Shown: in pieces, positions 1 to 13,511 of the stretch
Numbering within the stretch: the stretch's first letter is position 1
Layout of the letters: each line of letters starts with the position of its first letter
Origin: Azolla caroliniana
Lineage: Eukaryota; Plantae; Polypodiophyta
NCBI GenBank assembly: GCA_043228905.1
Contig: JBHGNT010000018.1
Coordinates: forward strand, 10,168,001 to 10,232,000
Direction: 5' to 3'
DNA: 64,000 nucleotides
Translations under genes and position numbers: made by a program
The notes under the pieces: generated by a model
What the model saw: the letters and a program-made list of their open reading frames with translations, nothing else
The model's database searches: none
What the model was told of the DNA's origin: nothing

Positions 1-2107
1 TCGGGGCCGTAATGCCCAAGTCTGCGAAGCCTGCCAGATGAGAAAACAACACCGACTTCCATTCCCCAACGAGCATAATCAAAGTCGTAATCCGCTCAAT
101 TTGATCCATTCGGATGTATGGGGTTCGACACAGAACGTGAGTCTCGATGGAAGCCATTACTTTGTAACCTTCATCGATGACTTCACTCGGTACACGTGGG
201 CATGCATGATTGAGAAGAAGAGCGAAGTCTTCGCATGTTTCCTAAAGGTGAAGAGCCTTGCGGAAAGAGAAACAGGGCACAACATCAAATGCCTACGGTC
301 CGATGGCAGGAAGGAGTACTTCTCCGACCAATTCACAAGTTATCTACAGAAGGAGGGAATTCGACGCGAATTCTCGTGTAGATATACGCTAGAGCAGAAC
401 GGCGTAGCCGAGCGGAAGAATCCAACGATTGAAGAAGCAGCCAGGGCAATGCTTGAAGAGAAGCATATGCCGAAATTCTATTGGGTCGAAGCCGTGAAGA
501 CGGATGTCTACTTGTAGAATTGGACTTCTGCTAATGGAGGAGTGTCGCCACATGAGTTGTATTTCGGGAAGAAGCCGAACTTGGCACACTTGAGGATTTT
601 CGGAAGCCGAACTTGCCACACATGCCGAAGGAGAAAAGGAGGAAACTGGATGCTAAAGCTGAGAAATGTATCTTGGTCGGCTATTCAGATGAGTAGAAAG
701 GGTATAAGTGTTATAACCCTCGAACAAAGGAAGTATGTGTAAGCCATGACGTCGTGTTCGCGAGTCTGCTTCGTGGTACCTGCCTTCTCCTCTAGAACCT
801 CATGACTCTATTCTGATTTCTGAAAAAGAAATCAGCGAGGTTGAAATGCCTCCGCATGATGAGGACGTCGGAGCTCTGAGAGAGAGTCCGATCTCATTTC
901 GGCTAAGCGGGCCGAATGAGAGGTTGGACCGAGATGGCCAACCAGATGATGAGACGACGAGTAGTGGAGACTCAGCCGTGATGTCCCCGCGTAAAGAACC
1001 GAGGAGATGGTTTACGCACAAGTAGAAGGGCAAGAAGAAAATGTCGGAGTACGATTTCGGTAGCGTCGAGTCAATTCGAAGCGAATCTGCCATCGAGCCG
1101 ATCATAAAGGAACCTCCACGGAAGAGGTCAAAATCGACCGAAAAGGTCGTGAAATCAGGCAATCACGAGGTACGCCGATCTACCCGCCAAAAGAACCCTA
1201 TTGTGCGGTTCGGATACAATGAGTACATGGCGCATCACTATGCGTACATGACCCGTGTAGCGGAAGTGCGTGAGCCGGAAAGCTATGCAGAAGTGGTGAA
1301 GGACGCGAATTGGCGTGCCGCAATGGAGGAAGAGATGCGCGCATTGGCAGAGAATGAAACTTGGGACCTGGTTGACGCACCGAAAGGTGTGAAGCCGATC
1401 GAATGTAGGTGGGTGTACAAGGTCAAGTACAACACTGACGGCTCGGTCAACCGATACAAAGCCCGGTTAGTAGCCAAAGGCTACGTGCAGAAACACGGCA
1501 TCGACTATGATGAGACGTTTGCGCCGGTCGCGAAGATGACGACCGTCCATGTTTTGCTTGTGGTAGTTGCTGCAAACGAGTGGCACTTACATAAGATGGA
1601 TGTAAAGAACACGTTCCTACAAGGTGATCTTGAGGAGCAGGTGTACTTGGTACAGCCCCCCGGATTTCTATCCAAGCAAAATACCTCGGCAGTTTGCCGA
1701 TTGAAGAAGTCCTTATATGGACTAAAGCAAGCCCCACGAGCTTGGAACGCAAAGATTACGCAACAGTTGCGTAGGATGGGGTTTGCACCGTCGAAATCGG
1801 ACTCCTCTCTATTTGTTCGGCAAGGTCAATATGGACCGTTCATCCTACTCTTGTACGTTGATGATTTAGTCATCGCTGGTGCCGACCTTGATGAAATCTG
1901 CCGCGTGAAGTCTCAGCTTGCGGCATCGTTTGAAATGAAGGATCTCGGAGACCTTCATTACTTCCTCGGGATCGAAGCGATCCGTACCCCTAAAGGCATA
2001 TTGATTAGCCAGCGTCATTACGTGTTGAATATGCTCTTCAAGTTCGGGATGGCAAACAGATTGTCAGAAGCCTCATCTATTTGACGATCACTCGGCCGGA
2101 CCTCAGT
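1..2107 (+). mobile_element. Ty1/Copia internal fragment (integrase and reverse transcriptase), degenerate and truncated
   Basis: ORF 38-517 has Copia integrase motifs (LIHSDVWG, FIDDFTRY, LRSDG, QNGVAER). ORF 1041-2084 has Copia RT motifs (RYKARLVAKG, SLYGLKQAPRAW, LYVDD). Same family as the elements at 37546 and 44408. Confidence 0.95.
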
Positions 2108-4173
2108 TGATAAGATAAACAATTGTATACATCATCTCAGCCCAATACGATTTCGGCAGTTTAGCATGAGAGAGCATGCTCCTTACTCTCTCCATGATCT
2201 TCGATTCATCCTCTCTCTAAGCTCTTTCAACTTTGGGTTCTTTGGCAATGTGTATTCGATTTGAATACATTGGGCCTTGCAGTATATTCCTCGAACTGCC
2301 CTTTATATTCACCACCATTGTCAGTTCGGACAACCATTAACTTCCGACCCGACTGTCGCTTGGTTCTCGCCTAGAACTCCTTGAACATTGACAGTATATG
2401 ATCCTTCGACTTCAGTATGAAGGCCCATGTCTTCTGACTATAGTCGTCAATAAATGTTACGAAGTACTACCCACCTCGATGCGATAGAGCATCTACATAG
2501 CACACATCTGTGTGTACTAATTCTAGTGCAACTTCTCTTCTTCTTGGTGGTCTTGTGTGGAATGTTGCCCTGTTCTGCTTACCAACTAAGCAGCCAACAC
2601 ACTTCTCCAATTGCACTCCTTTCACTTCTGGGAGAAGTTCCTAGACGGTCAGGATGTGCATTCCGTTCTCACTCATGTGGCCAAGTCTCTTGTGCCATAA
2701 CTCTACACTCAAGTCAGCTGCCACATTCACTTCCAACTTGCACAATCGGGCATGCATCATATACAATGTGCCCTCTTTCTGTGTTCTGCCACTATGAGGT
2801 TTCCACAACAGAACTTCCACTTGCCGTTTCGGAAGCTACCACTGTAGCCTTCGTCATCCAACCTTCTAGTCAATATCAGATTCAATCTGATATCGGGGAC
2901 ATGTCAAACTTCCTTCAAGGTTAGTCGACACCCTGTTGACTTCATCAAGCAGACACTTCCGACTCCAGTTATCTTTACATAACCATAATCCCCGGCTATG
3001 TAAGTCGAGAAATACTCTCTCGACGGAGTTATATGGAAAGATGCACCAGAGTCGATCACCCAAGTGCATTCTTCATTCACTAGGTTTGCACTTGTCTGTT
3101 CACAGATGAACAGAAGTTCTTCATTGCTCGTCACAATGGCCGAAGTGCCCTTTTCATCAGAAATCTTCCTGGGTTCAACATTATTACCAACACTCTTGTC
3201 CTTCTGGAAATGTCCAGGCTTTCCACAATCAAAGCATGTTAGCTTACCTCTAGACTTCAACCTGGCTTGAGATTTTTCTCTCCTTGGTGGACTCCTTTGT
3301 CGTTTTCTTCCTCTTCAGGTGTGTTGAGTGAAGTTTGACTCTGAATGGACCATGACACCCTTGTCCTTCCTTCTGGTCTCCTCATTCAAGATTCTTATCT
3401 TTACCACTTGTAGAGACAAGTTCTCTTCTTGACACGAGGTGCTGAGGGTCACCACTAGGTTCTCCCACCTGTCTGGAAAAGTATCCTCAAGGGAAAACTT
3501 GGTTCAAGAAGTTGATTTACGTCCCATGAATGTGTTGATGTGTTCGACGATGCTCTCACTATCTCTGTATTTCAATCGTACGATCTTTCTCATCAGTGAG
3601 GTTTTATTGAAGGCGTTCTTCCTCTCGTATAGACCTAATAGCTTCTTCCACATCTCGTGGGCATTTGTGTCATTCCCCACATGCTGAAGGAGACTTACAT
3701 CGACGCATTGTCTGATGGTGGCCACCGCCTTTCTGTTAAGAAGTTTCCATTCCGACTCTAATACCCCCATGGGTATTTATGCTCTGTCGATCGGCTCGTA
3801 CAGGTCTTTGACTATGAGAAGGTCCTCCATCTTTATCTTCCAATCTACATAGTTCTGAGAGTTTAGAACTATGATACCTGGGAAGCCACTCACACCTCCT
3901 TCCATCTTCACCTTGCTCTGATACCAATTTGTTAATGATCGAATCATCAATCCATGAAAGGATATGCTAAAATACACATATCTTGCAGAAATAGAAAACA
4001 ACACAATAGAGAAAATGCACAGGGCACAACGTTTTACGTGGAAACCCTAAACAGGAAAAAACCACGAGAACAAAGATTCCACCATACATAGGATAAGATC
4101 AAAATACAACACTCTCCGCTCAGAGTGTATCATCCACACAGGGCTCTTGGCGTCACACCTCACTTGGCTATGG

Positions 4174-4226
<53 letters not shown>

Positions 4227-4571
4227 CACTCTCACTTCTCTATCATTGGCCCCAATAGAGGATCACTCACAACTCTATTTTGCTCTATTCTCAGCACACC
4301 ATGTGATATTTGTTTGCCTTAGATGTATTTATACTAATACACAAAATGGGCTATTTACAATCATGACTATTATTATTATCTTATAATAATAATAGTCTTA
4401 CTAATCCGTCGAGCGCCAGGTCGGCCCAATTAGCTGGTCGTGTCTTCGACCTCGATCAACACTTGTCAGCTCTCCATGTCGACTCCTCGAATGTCAACAC
4501 TCATTTGACCAGTCGGCTGCTCCCTGTCTTCGATTGTCGGCTCCTTCCACTGGAGGGACATATTCCTAACA
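2108..4571 (-). mobile_element. Second Ty1/Copia element (Tnt1/Tork-like): 5' LTR, PBS, gag, protease and integrase remnants
   Basis: LTR about 3930-4571 (TGTTAGGAAT...AACA on minus). PBS TGGTATCAGAGC at 3915-3926. Gag remnants 3504-3900, zinc knuckle and protease WVIDSGAS in ORF 2904-3260, integrase remnant to about 2110. Confidence 0.88.
3915..3926 (-). promoter_or_regulatory. Primer-binding site, initiator tRNA-Met
   Basis: TGGTATCAGAGC on the minus strand, 3 nt after the CA end of the LTR. Confidence 0.92.
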
Positions 4572-5861
4572 TTCTCTCATCAACATCTCTACCTTGAAGG
4601 CCTTTAGGGAGTTCGTGACGTCCTTTCCGTTGAATCGACATGTCGTGACAACTACCGTTTCCACGTCCCTATCGAGCCCACTAGTGGTCAACAGCCTTCA
4701 ACATTGCTTCGGTGAGTTAGCTTCCCCTCATTTTGAACTCCTCTACCGCCCCTTCACATCGGGTTCACCAAATAATGTCTCAGAAATCCGTGCGTATGTG
4801 TCAGACGGGGCGGGACCACTGAGGTCTTGGACCGAGGAGCCAATGAGAGAATAAAGGTGGTCCAAATAGCTTTGTCGGATCAATTTCCGGACGCGTATCC
4901 AATCCGGAACGGTGAGGGCACGGGCTCAGAGATGTGTATTGTTCTGGACCGTATGTTGGGTAGCGGCGATGAGCTCACAGGCTCACACACTCGGACGCGC
5001 ACACACCACCGAAACAAAATGGGGATAAGAACACGAGCATGGGGCGCGGCGAGCACACAACAAATGGGAACAACTCGGAAATATCCAAGTACAAGAAGAG
5101 ACTTAGCAAAATGGGGATAAGAACACGAGCATGGGGCGCGGCGAGCACACAACAAATGGGAACAACTCGGAAATATCCGAGTACAAGAAGAGACTTAGCA
5201 AAATACTAATGATTAATAGAGAACCAGAAAGAGTACAACCGAACACGGTCGACAAACAAAGCTTCGAGCTCCTCACACAGACACACAGATGCATGCACGC
5301 ATGATAGCAAGCCTCCAATCGGGTGCGCACAAGATACCAGCGCGAAATGGAGGTCTCACAACACAATGAAAAAAACAAAGATCGAGAAAGCCAAAATCTG
5401 TAGAGCTCGGTCCGGCAGCACTTCGTCCTCCCAAAACGTGGATACCCCCCATCAGTCTTTTCTCCCTCCTTTTATAGCTCAAGGAGGGAGAGACTGTTAC
5501 ATCAAGCTTTTAAGAGAGCCGCTTGTAGTCCCTGATTTTCTCCTCGATTCTTTCACATCATATCTATCATTCCTCTTTGTACGTGTGGGGTGAAAAGTAC
5601 TTTATTAAATCACACTACCTCGTATTCAACACACATAAGTATTTACATATATTTGTACATAAAGACTAGTTCGTGTGCATCCTTGCACACCAGCGCTCAC
5701 ACGCATCCTGGCCCTCTTTCTCATAGTAGCTGAAATCCTTCACGACAATGGAGCTTAAATTGATCTTCCACTTAAGTAATGGGTATTCCTCCTCTTCGCA
5801 TGTTGTTAGTAGCGGTAAGGAGTTATAGAAGCGTGATGTTAATGATCTATCGCATCCCACA
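4572..5861 (-). mobile_element. Ty3/Gypsy-type 5' LTR (about 4776-5861) with tRNA-Trp-like PBS and the start of gag, interrupted by the Copia element
   Basis: PBS TGGTGAACCCGATGTGAA at 4753-4770 (minus). Gag-like RFNGKDVTNSLKAFKVEMLMR follows. The LTR end shares GGGGCGGGACCACTGnGGTCTTGG with the LTR at 62457. The right boundary is approximate. Confidence 0.7.
5015..5203. repeat. Tandem duplication, about 92 bp x2, inside the LTR
   Basis: CAAAATGGGGATAAGAACACGAGC...GACTTAG starts at both 5015 and 5107. Confidence 0.92.
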
Positions 5862-7060
5862 TCCTAATCTATAGGTTCATTCCTTGTCCTTTTAACACTT
5901 GAGCAAGATTTGGCAAAATTGTTGTGGGTCGGCCTTCTCCATCATTTATCAAATAATGATGGAGTTCTGCATAGATTGTAGGATTATAGTGCTCTTGCCA
6001 GCCTTCACAATCTTGGCAACCATTTTTTCCAATTCATCAATGCATAGACAAAGTAGAGTGTGTGAGAGTGGGCATCCTTGCTTAACACCAATTATACTTC
6101 TATTGAAAAAATCTGAAAGTTTATTGCTCGTATCCACACCATATATTCGGGAAATTGCAAGCATATATTCACCTTGCACCTTGAGTTTTTCCATTCGCCT
6201 CCAAAGATGCTCACGAGGTACCATATCAAAAGCTTTCTTGAAGTATACGAAGCAACAATATAAACCTTTACCTCTAAGGCGACTGTCATCCATTAATACT
6301 CGAAGGGTGACAAGGTCATCAATGGTGCTATGGTGTTTTCAAAAGCCAACTTGTTCATAAGCTCCTATACCATTTTTATCAGCCCATGCACTTAACTTTG
6401 ATTCCATTATACATCCAAATAATTTTGCCATTAGCGACCCAAACATGATGGTTTGATAGTTATTTACATTATTTACATTTCCACCTTTATGTAAAGGTTT
6501 GATCCAATTTGTAGTCCAATCATACAATAGACCATGTTGCAACATATCAGTTATCCATGCATGTGCGTCCTTTCCTGTCCATTTGAGCATTTCAACCTTC
6601 ATACATTGAAGATCGCTTGGCTTTTGAGAGGCCAATTTCTTAAGTCTTATGTATGTATCTTCAATTGTAAAGAAGGGAGACATGTGTGAAAGAGAACCAT
6701 AACACATCATCTTTTCGGCAAGAGATAGCTCGTATAAATTCTTACAATGCATAGACAAGTCAAGAAGAGTTAAGTCACCATAATTCTCAACATGTTTCCC
6801 CTTTAGATTTCCCAAATTTTAGCACATGCATGTGCTTTCTCTTGCATTTGGAGAAATTCTTGAGTAATTTCCCATATTCTTCTCTTTCTTTGAATAAGCC
6901 TTTTGTGCTTATGCAAATGCTTTTGGTAATTCTCTTTATCCTTGATTACATCCAAAATCAAAAGCCACTTTTGAGCATCATGGCATTCAATATCAAACCA
7001 TTTTTTCTTTAAGGGTTCATTGTTGTATTGTTGTTCTTTGACAACTTCATCAACCAAATC
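5862..7060 (-). mobile_element. Degenerate RTE/RTEX-like LINE reverse transcriptase fragment
   Basis: ORFs 5949-6293 (YCCFVYFKKAFD, KQGCPLS), 6339-6815 (IKPLHKGG, NNYQTIM, QVGF) and 6803-7057 (WFDIEC). Confidence 0.88.
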
Positions 7061-7337
7061 TTTTGGCTCTCCTCACAATTGGTTTATATAATGGGTCCCA
7101 TTAACTCACGATTAGCTACTTATTGACCCCATTAAGGAAAAACTACTCTCTCATCCATTGACCTTACCCCCTCTAGCATCGATTATTTTATATCTATTGT
7201 GGCAATGCCCAAACACTAAGATACTAGCGAGATTCATGTGTCAATATATATAGCCTATGGTGCCTTTAAGGAGTATATCTATAAGGACGCTAAAGGATTT
7301 GACCCTATGAAATTGTATTCATGCATGTACATATGGG

Positions 7338-8160
7338 TAGGGATGAACAACGGCTCGGCTCAAGCCTAAACCGTTTAGTCAAAACATCTTAGTGGCTCGG
7401 CTCAACTCAGTTTAGGCTTGAGCCTACCTAAACGGTTTGAGCTTGGATCGGCTCGACTTTAGCCTTGCCAAACTGGCTCAAACCGTTTAAGCCATTTAAT
7501 AATTAGGGTTTAGAAAGTTAGAAACTAGATAGTGAGAAGTTAGAACTCAGAATTTGAAAGTTGAGAGAGAGACTGATAGAAAGCCATAGGAAACAGACTG
7601 TTGAGTGACGAGAGAGGCAGAGAAAGAGAGGGAACCTGCATACTGGACAGAGAGGGAGAGGGAGCCTACATACTGGACCTCCTCCTTGCTGTTATATACA
7701 TTCTTTCTATACATATAGGTGAAATTTTAGTTCCAAATTCTCTCTTGAGTTTGACCTAGGACCTAGGACACGACGAACTTGACCTGAAGGTGGTCGAGGG
7801 ATGGGCAATAGCAATCAAGACTAGACATATTGAGGTCTAGAAAGGATCAAGCGGTAACAATCTACAGAGGAAGATGAGGAGGATGGGGGTGGGGTGGCAT
7901 GTCAAATTTGGAGAAGGATGGGGATGGGGGGCATATCAACGGAGTGAGAGTTACGAGGAGGAGGAGGAGAAGAGTAGAAGTGGTAGTGGTGTTTTTTGGG
8001 TTTCTTCACACCTCTAAAGCTTTTTCGTCCCAAACCGGCTCACAAACCGGTTTAGGGATCGGTTTGGTTTTGGTTTGAGAACCCCGAAACGGTTTAGGCT
8101 TACGCGGTTTGGCTTGGATAAGGCCAAACCCAAGCCAAACCGAACCGTTGCCAATTCCTA
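7338..8160. mobile_element. Non-autonomous hAT-type DNA transposon (MITE-like)
   Basis: Imperfect TIRs: left TAGGGATGAACAACGGCTCGG, right (reverse complement) TAGGAATTGGCAACGGTTCGG. Many subterminal AAACCG/CGGTTT motifs. 8-bp flanks CATATGGG and CATTTAGG match at 6 of 8 positions. Confidence 0.78.
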
Positions 8161-8299
8161 CATTTAGGGTTATATATCTTGTGTTGGGTGGTATGTGAGG
8201 ATAATGTTCCTTATTTGGGTTTCCACATGGGCTTTAGACAATTCATATCATTGAGTCCCTCATGTTCCAATCATGAAAATTTTGTATAACATGCAGTAA

Positions 8300-9060
8300 T
8301 TGTTAACAAAAAATGTAAGATTGAGGCGAAATGTAAGTCATCGTATAGTTTTCTAAAGAAACATTGTCGACTATTCCACAGAACCCTTCAACAAAGTTTA
8401 TATTAGCTATTAGTTATATTGTAATGTTGTCTCTTTTGCATAATGGGCATTAGATGCAAAGAATAAGTGTTGATTTAAGAGTGTAATGTAAACCATTTGG
8501 TGATGTTAATTATGTAACTTGGTAGACCAAAGGTAAAATGATATGATAAAACTTGAATGAAACTTCATGTTATCTTGTAATAATGTACACTTTTTGCATT
8601 ATGTACAATGATGCAAACAAAACCTTTGAGTCAAGGGTGCAATGTAAGCCATTAGTTGATGTTGAAGTCAAATTATACAACATGCTAATGCAAATATGGT
8701 ATTGTTCCATATAACCCCCAAGGTAAGCTTCACATTACCAATAATACCATGGCAATATACCTTTTGTATAATGAGTAGCAATTGCAAATAATTAGTGTGA
8801 ATTTGAGAGTGAAATGCAAGGTATTATATAACACTTATGTGTCAAAGAATAAAACATGGTAAGGCAAAGTTGTTACTATTCCATATAACCCTTGAGCGAA
8901 GCTTCAATTTATTATTATAGCATGACACTGTGTAACAATAGTTTATAGTAAGTGTTGCATTTAGAGTGCAATGTACACCATGGGATGATACTTGTATTCA
9001 AATTATATTGTTTTCTTGGTCAAAGTTGCTATGATTCCACACAAGCCCTCAAACCAAACT
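8300..9060. repeat. Highly degenerate tandem repeat, period about 155-175 bp, about 5 units
   Basis: Variants of GAGTGYAATGTAA recur near 8323, 8479, 8635, 8806 and 8964; variants of ATTCCAYAnAACCC recur near 8373, 8705, 8878 and 9034. Confidence 0.55.
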
Positions 9061-12000
9061 AATTATGTGACAACTTTTTACATCAAGTGTAAATTCATAT
9101 TCATTTCTTAACCTAAAATCACAAGATTGGAAAGCACAACCATTACCACAATTTCATCGCATTTATATATTCAATTATAAGAATTTCAACAAAGTGAGAT
9201 TGTCAACATATAAGCAATAATTTCTGAGATCAACTTTGTAGATACGTCTAAAGATGTACAAAGTCAATGGTTTCGCATGCAAATTCTTGTTTTTATTGCA
9301 AAGATCCATTATTTCCAAGAAGCTAGAAAGTTGTCACCAAACAAATATGATATTATAATAACATACAAAAACCCAATGGCTCTAAATTCCAACTATGATG
9401 CAATAAAGTCAAGTTCCCTTTCTATTCCCTTGAAGTCATTCTCAAGATTCATATCTATAATAGTGAATGAATGATGAATTTAGTTGCAACCCTAGGAAAC
9501 AAATGATAGATTGCACCTCCTTATTTTTATGTGACTAAGAGAGTATTTCAATAGATTCATCATTTAAACATTATAAAAATAATGCATAAAAGACATCAAG
9601 TTCCACAAGATTCCACCAGTCCTTACATTCCTTATATTCGCTAATCCTCATCATTAAAAATATTTGTAAAGACAAATAATGGAAAATTTCATCTCTACTC
9701 ACATGGTACATTCACATGAGTCAATTCAAAACCCCAATATCAACACCAAACTATTGCTTATGTATCATTGGATACATGTACCAATAATTACAAGAGTTTC
9801 ACTAGCTTGTACATTTATTTTATTTGATATATGCACTGAAAATATGTGCAAATTGCCACTTGTGACAATAGAAGAGAGTTGGTGCAATCATTTTGACTCA
9901 TTGTTTGCATTTTATTCGATTTCATCATGGTTCAAGCTTGTCTAGTTATCAATATCCCCTTTTGCAACATTTATGTCTTTAATGTGCATAGTTTAGGACC
10001 ATTTGTCTCACTTATATTTATAGAGAGAAACAATTCACCAAGCCTTCTCCATATCACACGATACGTTTTATACCCACGTGTTCACTTCACATTTTTTTAT
10101 TGCCAAACTTCACTTAGAGAATTACAACTCTCAATAACCTTCTTACACGTATATATTTACTAAAACATAACAAACATTGTATCATTGCAGATATCACATT
10201 CTTGCTATTAATTTCTCTCTCACATAAGCTAACCTCCATGGGCAATTATCTCATTTTGCATTCTCTACTTCATTCTATAACTCGATGCATGTGTCAACCT
10301 AGAACGTTTTCATTAAATGACACTTTATTCATTATAATTTGGCACTCTCGAGTCTCTACATCTTTTGCCAAGTAAACCTCTCATTATTCAAATTAAGGAG
10401 TTCCTTCATATATAATGCTTGGTGAATAGTGTAATGTACAAGTGTTCAAGGCACCCATAAGGTTCTCAATTATTCTTCTTCCTCTTACTTCTCAAAACTT
10501 TCAAAATAACACCTCTGCCATTTATTGTGTGAATAAAAAAGAGCGATATCTTGGGAATTTGGACAAGTAAGAGAGTGTGAGCGAGGAAAACAAGGGGAGG
10601 ACAATTTGGAAAATTCAATATTTTGAGAATTTGAGAATTTTGTGAATACTAAGGTGTTAAATTTTGTGTTAATCATTGTCAAGATGTTGGATTGGAGATG
10701 GAACCCTCAATAGGTAGAAGGAAGATACCACTTAAATTGTACTTAAACTTTATTGACGTCATTAAGTGCCATCTATTAAGTTAATGACCATATCTATACA
10801 GCATGGTCATTACATACATATTCATACACTCATCTTGCAAAATGGTGAATTATTTATTCATTAAGTGCCAACTATTATGTTGATGACCATAATTGTACAT
10901 GCATGGTCATCACATACATATTCACATGTGTCTCTAGCCAAACACGTCACCTCCACCATGAAAGTCATCACATACATATTCATACATGCATCTTGCAAAA
11001 TGTTAAATTATTTATTATCAACAATCTCAACTTAATGGTGGTTTTATTTGTTCGGGGCTTGAACTGAGAAAGTATTATATGTGTTTAGATCCAACAAAAA
11101 ACATGAAAGCCTCGGTGCAATTGACTTGGGTAGGATACTCTCCAAGGGATTGAACCTAGGATATGCTTGGGTTTATGAAGTAAAAGTCATAAACAATAAT
11201 GGTGAGGTTATGAAGTTTCATTAAAGTTATGGCAAAAGACTATCCAAATACTCTAGGTCCAATTTCATGTTATTGTTGTAGAAAGGGGATGCTTTTACTA
11301 TTGTATGAATATAAGGCACAAATCATTGTCACATGCATTTGGATGTGCTTGTGTTTAATCTCGAGAGACCTCAAATCCTTGCTCATTGATATAATTCTTC
11401 CCACCCTACTACATTGGATAATTATGCATGCATCATGATACACACGACAATCATATAAGTATGCTATATGTATCTTTGTCACTTGAAACTATAATTTGTA
11501 AGTAAATTTCTTACATATCTTGTAATTGCCATTGTTAATAACTTGTTATGAGGTTTGCGTTAGTTTAAACTCAAAATGTTTTGACCGGGAAAAAACAACT
11601 TATGATTACACAATCATCATTTATAATTTAGTTGTAAATATATGTTATGTATATGAATGTATTGATTATTCACGGATAAAATAAAAGTACACGTCTAATA
11701 GAGTAGACTAAAATATAATACCAACCCCTTGTTAAAAAAGTATGAAGAATACATATACCTACAATGATGAAGTAAAAGTGAAAACAATAAATTCTTCCTT
11801 TTACCAAAAAGGTAAAAGGTTTAATATGTTTGAATAAAGTGAACTATATACCCCTCATTTATATATTTTGCTTGGCAATAAATTAATCTGTTCACATTAT
11901 GAGCACTCCCCCCATGCGACATCCCCCCACTGTCCCCTAATTATAGAAGGATCCCTCTAGTCTATAGTTAATTGAAGCCACAGAGCTCTATATGAGTTCT

Positions 12001-13470
12001 GGCCCTTGTACATATGATACCTCGTGTATTTCTTCCAAACTAATGGGTAGCATATTTTTTTGGAAAAAAACTCTTATATTATAAAAAATTAAAATAATAA
12101 CATGTTATACACCTATAAATCACTAAGTATAAGTATAAACACAATTGCATTATGAATGGGCAATGTTACATATTTCGCCTTAAAGAATCCCTAATAAATG
12201 ATAAATATCCCAAAGACAAGAAACAAAGAAGAATGTAAGGTTCATTAATAATTTTGTTTGCACGGAGAAGAGTAACAACAATTGTTCCACACTCTAATGT
12301 ATGATTTCCAACTTGTTGCTGATCACATCAATTGTGGCGTGTTTCCCTCTCCTAACCTTGATGATACAATCGTTTTAGTTGGTCGAGTGGTCTCCTTACT
12401 TTCATTTGACTCCCCATCATGGTTCTTTGGGATTCCTCATGCTAGGTTCAAATAATGGTGTGCTTTTGATGGCTTTTACATGTGTCTCTTACGTTGAGGC
12501 TGGCTAATGGAATCAACATCGATTCCATTGTCCTCGGCACTTGTCTTTTTCTATCCATGTTTTTTATTGTTGCATTTTCTATTGTGGTACCTTTTTCTTG
12601 TCGGTTCTATTGTTTGTCTTGTTTGTAGAGTCAAGATTGTTGGTCATCATATTCAAGGCTAGTTTTTGCAATGGTTGGGATATTGTTGGGCCATCTAAAA
12701 GATATCCATTCCAAATAGAGGAGCAACTAAGGGGTGATTCACTAGAGATTGATCAAGTTCACCATCATGCAAGCATTTGATGTAATAATATTCTCTCCAC
12801 AAAGTAGATCGATGGTTAAGTTGTAAAACCCATATGATTCACAATGGTGTGCCCTACCAATAATGGACTTAAAAAGCAAGGCTTGAATATTCTCACTCAT
12901 AATAACTCCAATGTGTTATGTGACTCCATATTGACCATGAAACAAAAGGAATTATCCACACATTCATCGTGCCAAAAACCTCAATATGTTCCATATAACC
13001 AAATATGAATGTGTTATTGATACCAATGACTATTGTGAAAATGACGCGCATCACATTTGATGATATGTCATAGTAGTTCAAATCCATCCACCTAGTCATC
13101 AACTCCAATAATTGCAAAATCTGTTAAGAATCGAACACTCGACACATTGGAAGACCAAGGCACCAACAAGAGACATTGAGCTCAACAATGGGTAACCTAA
13201 TGTGAAAGGAACCCACCAACCTCGTAAAGAGCTATAAAAGTCACCTTTTGGTGACTTTTGTAGCTCTTCTCCAATCTTGGATTTTTTCCTTTCCTTTAGT
13301 GATTTAGATCTTACACACACACTCTCTCTAATATTCTATTAGAGCTAATAGCATTTAGGGTTATGAGCTAATTGAGCCAAACCCTAATCTCTCCACTCTT
13401 ATGGTGCTAAACCTCTTTGGTTATAAGAAGTGTATTCTTTCCTATGCCTTCCTTGTCTTTACATCTATTT

Positions 13471-13474
<4 letters not shown>

Positions 13475-13509
<35 letters not shown>
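13475..13509. repeat. (GA)n microsatellite
   Basis: Read directly. Other (GA/CT)n tracts lie at about 4177-4221, 33109-33132, 33413-33436, 33567-33596 and 62521-62636. Confidence 0.95.
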
Positions 13510-13511
<2 letters not shown>

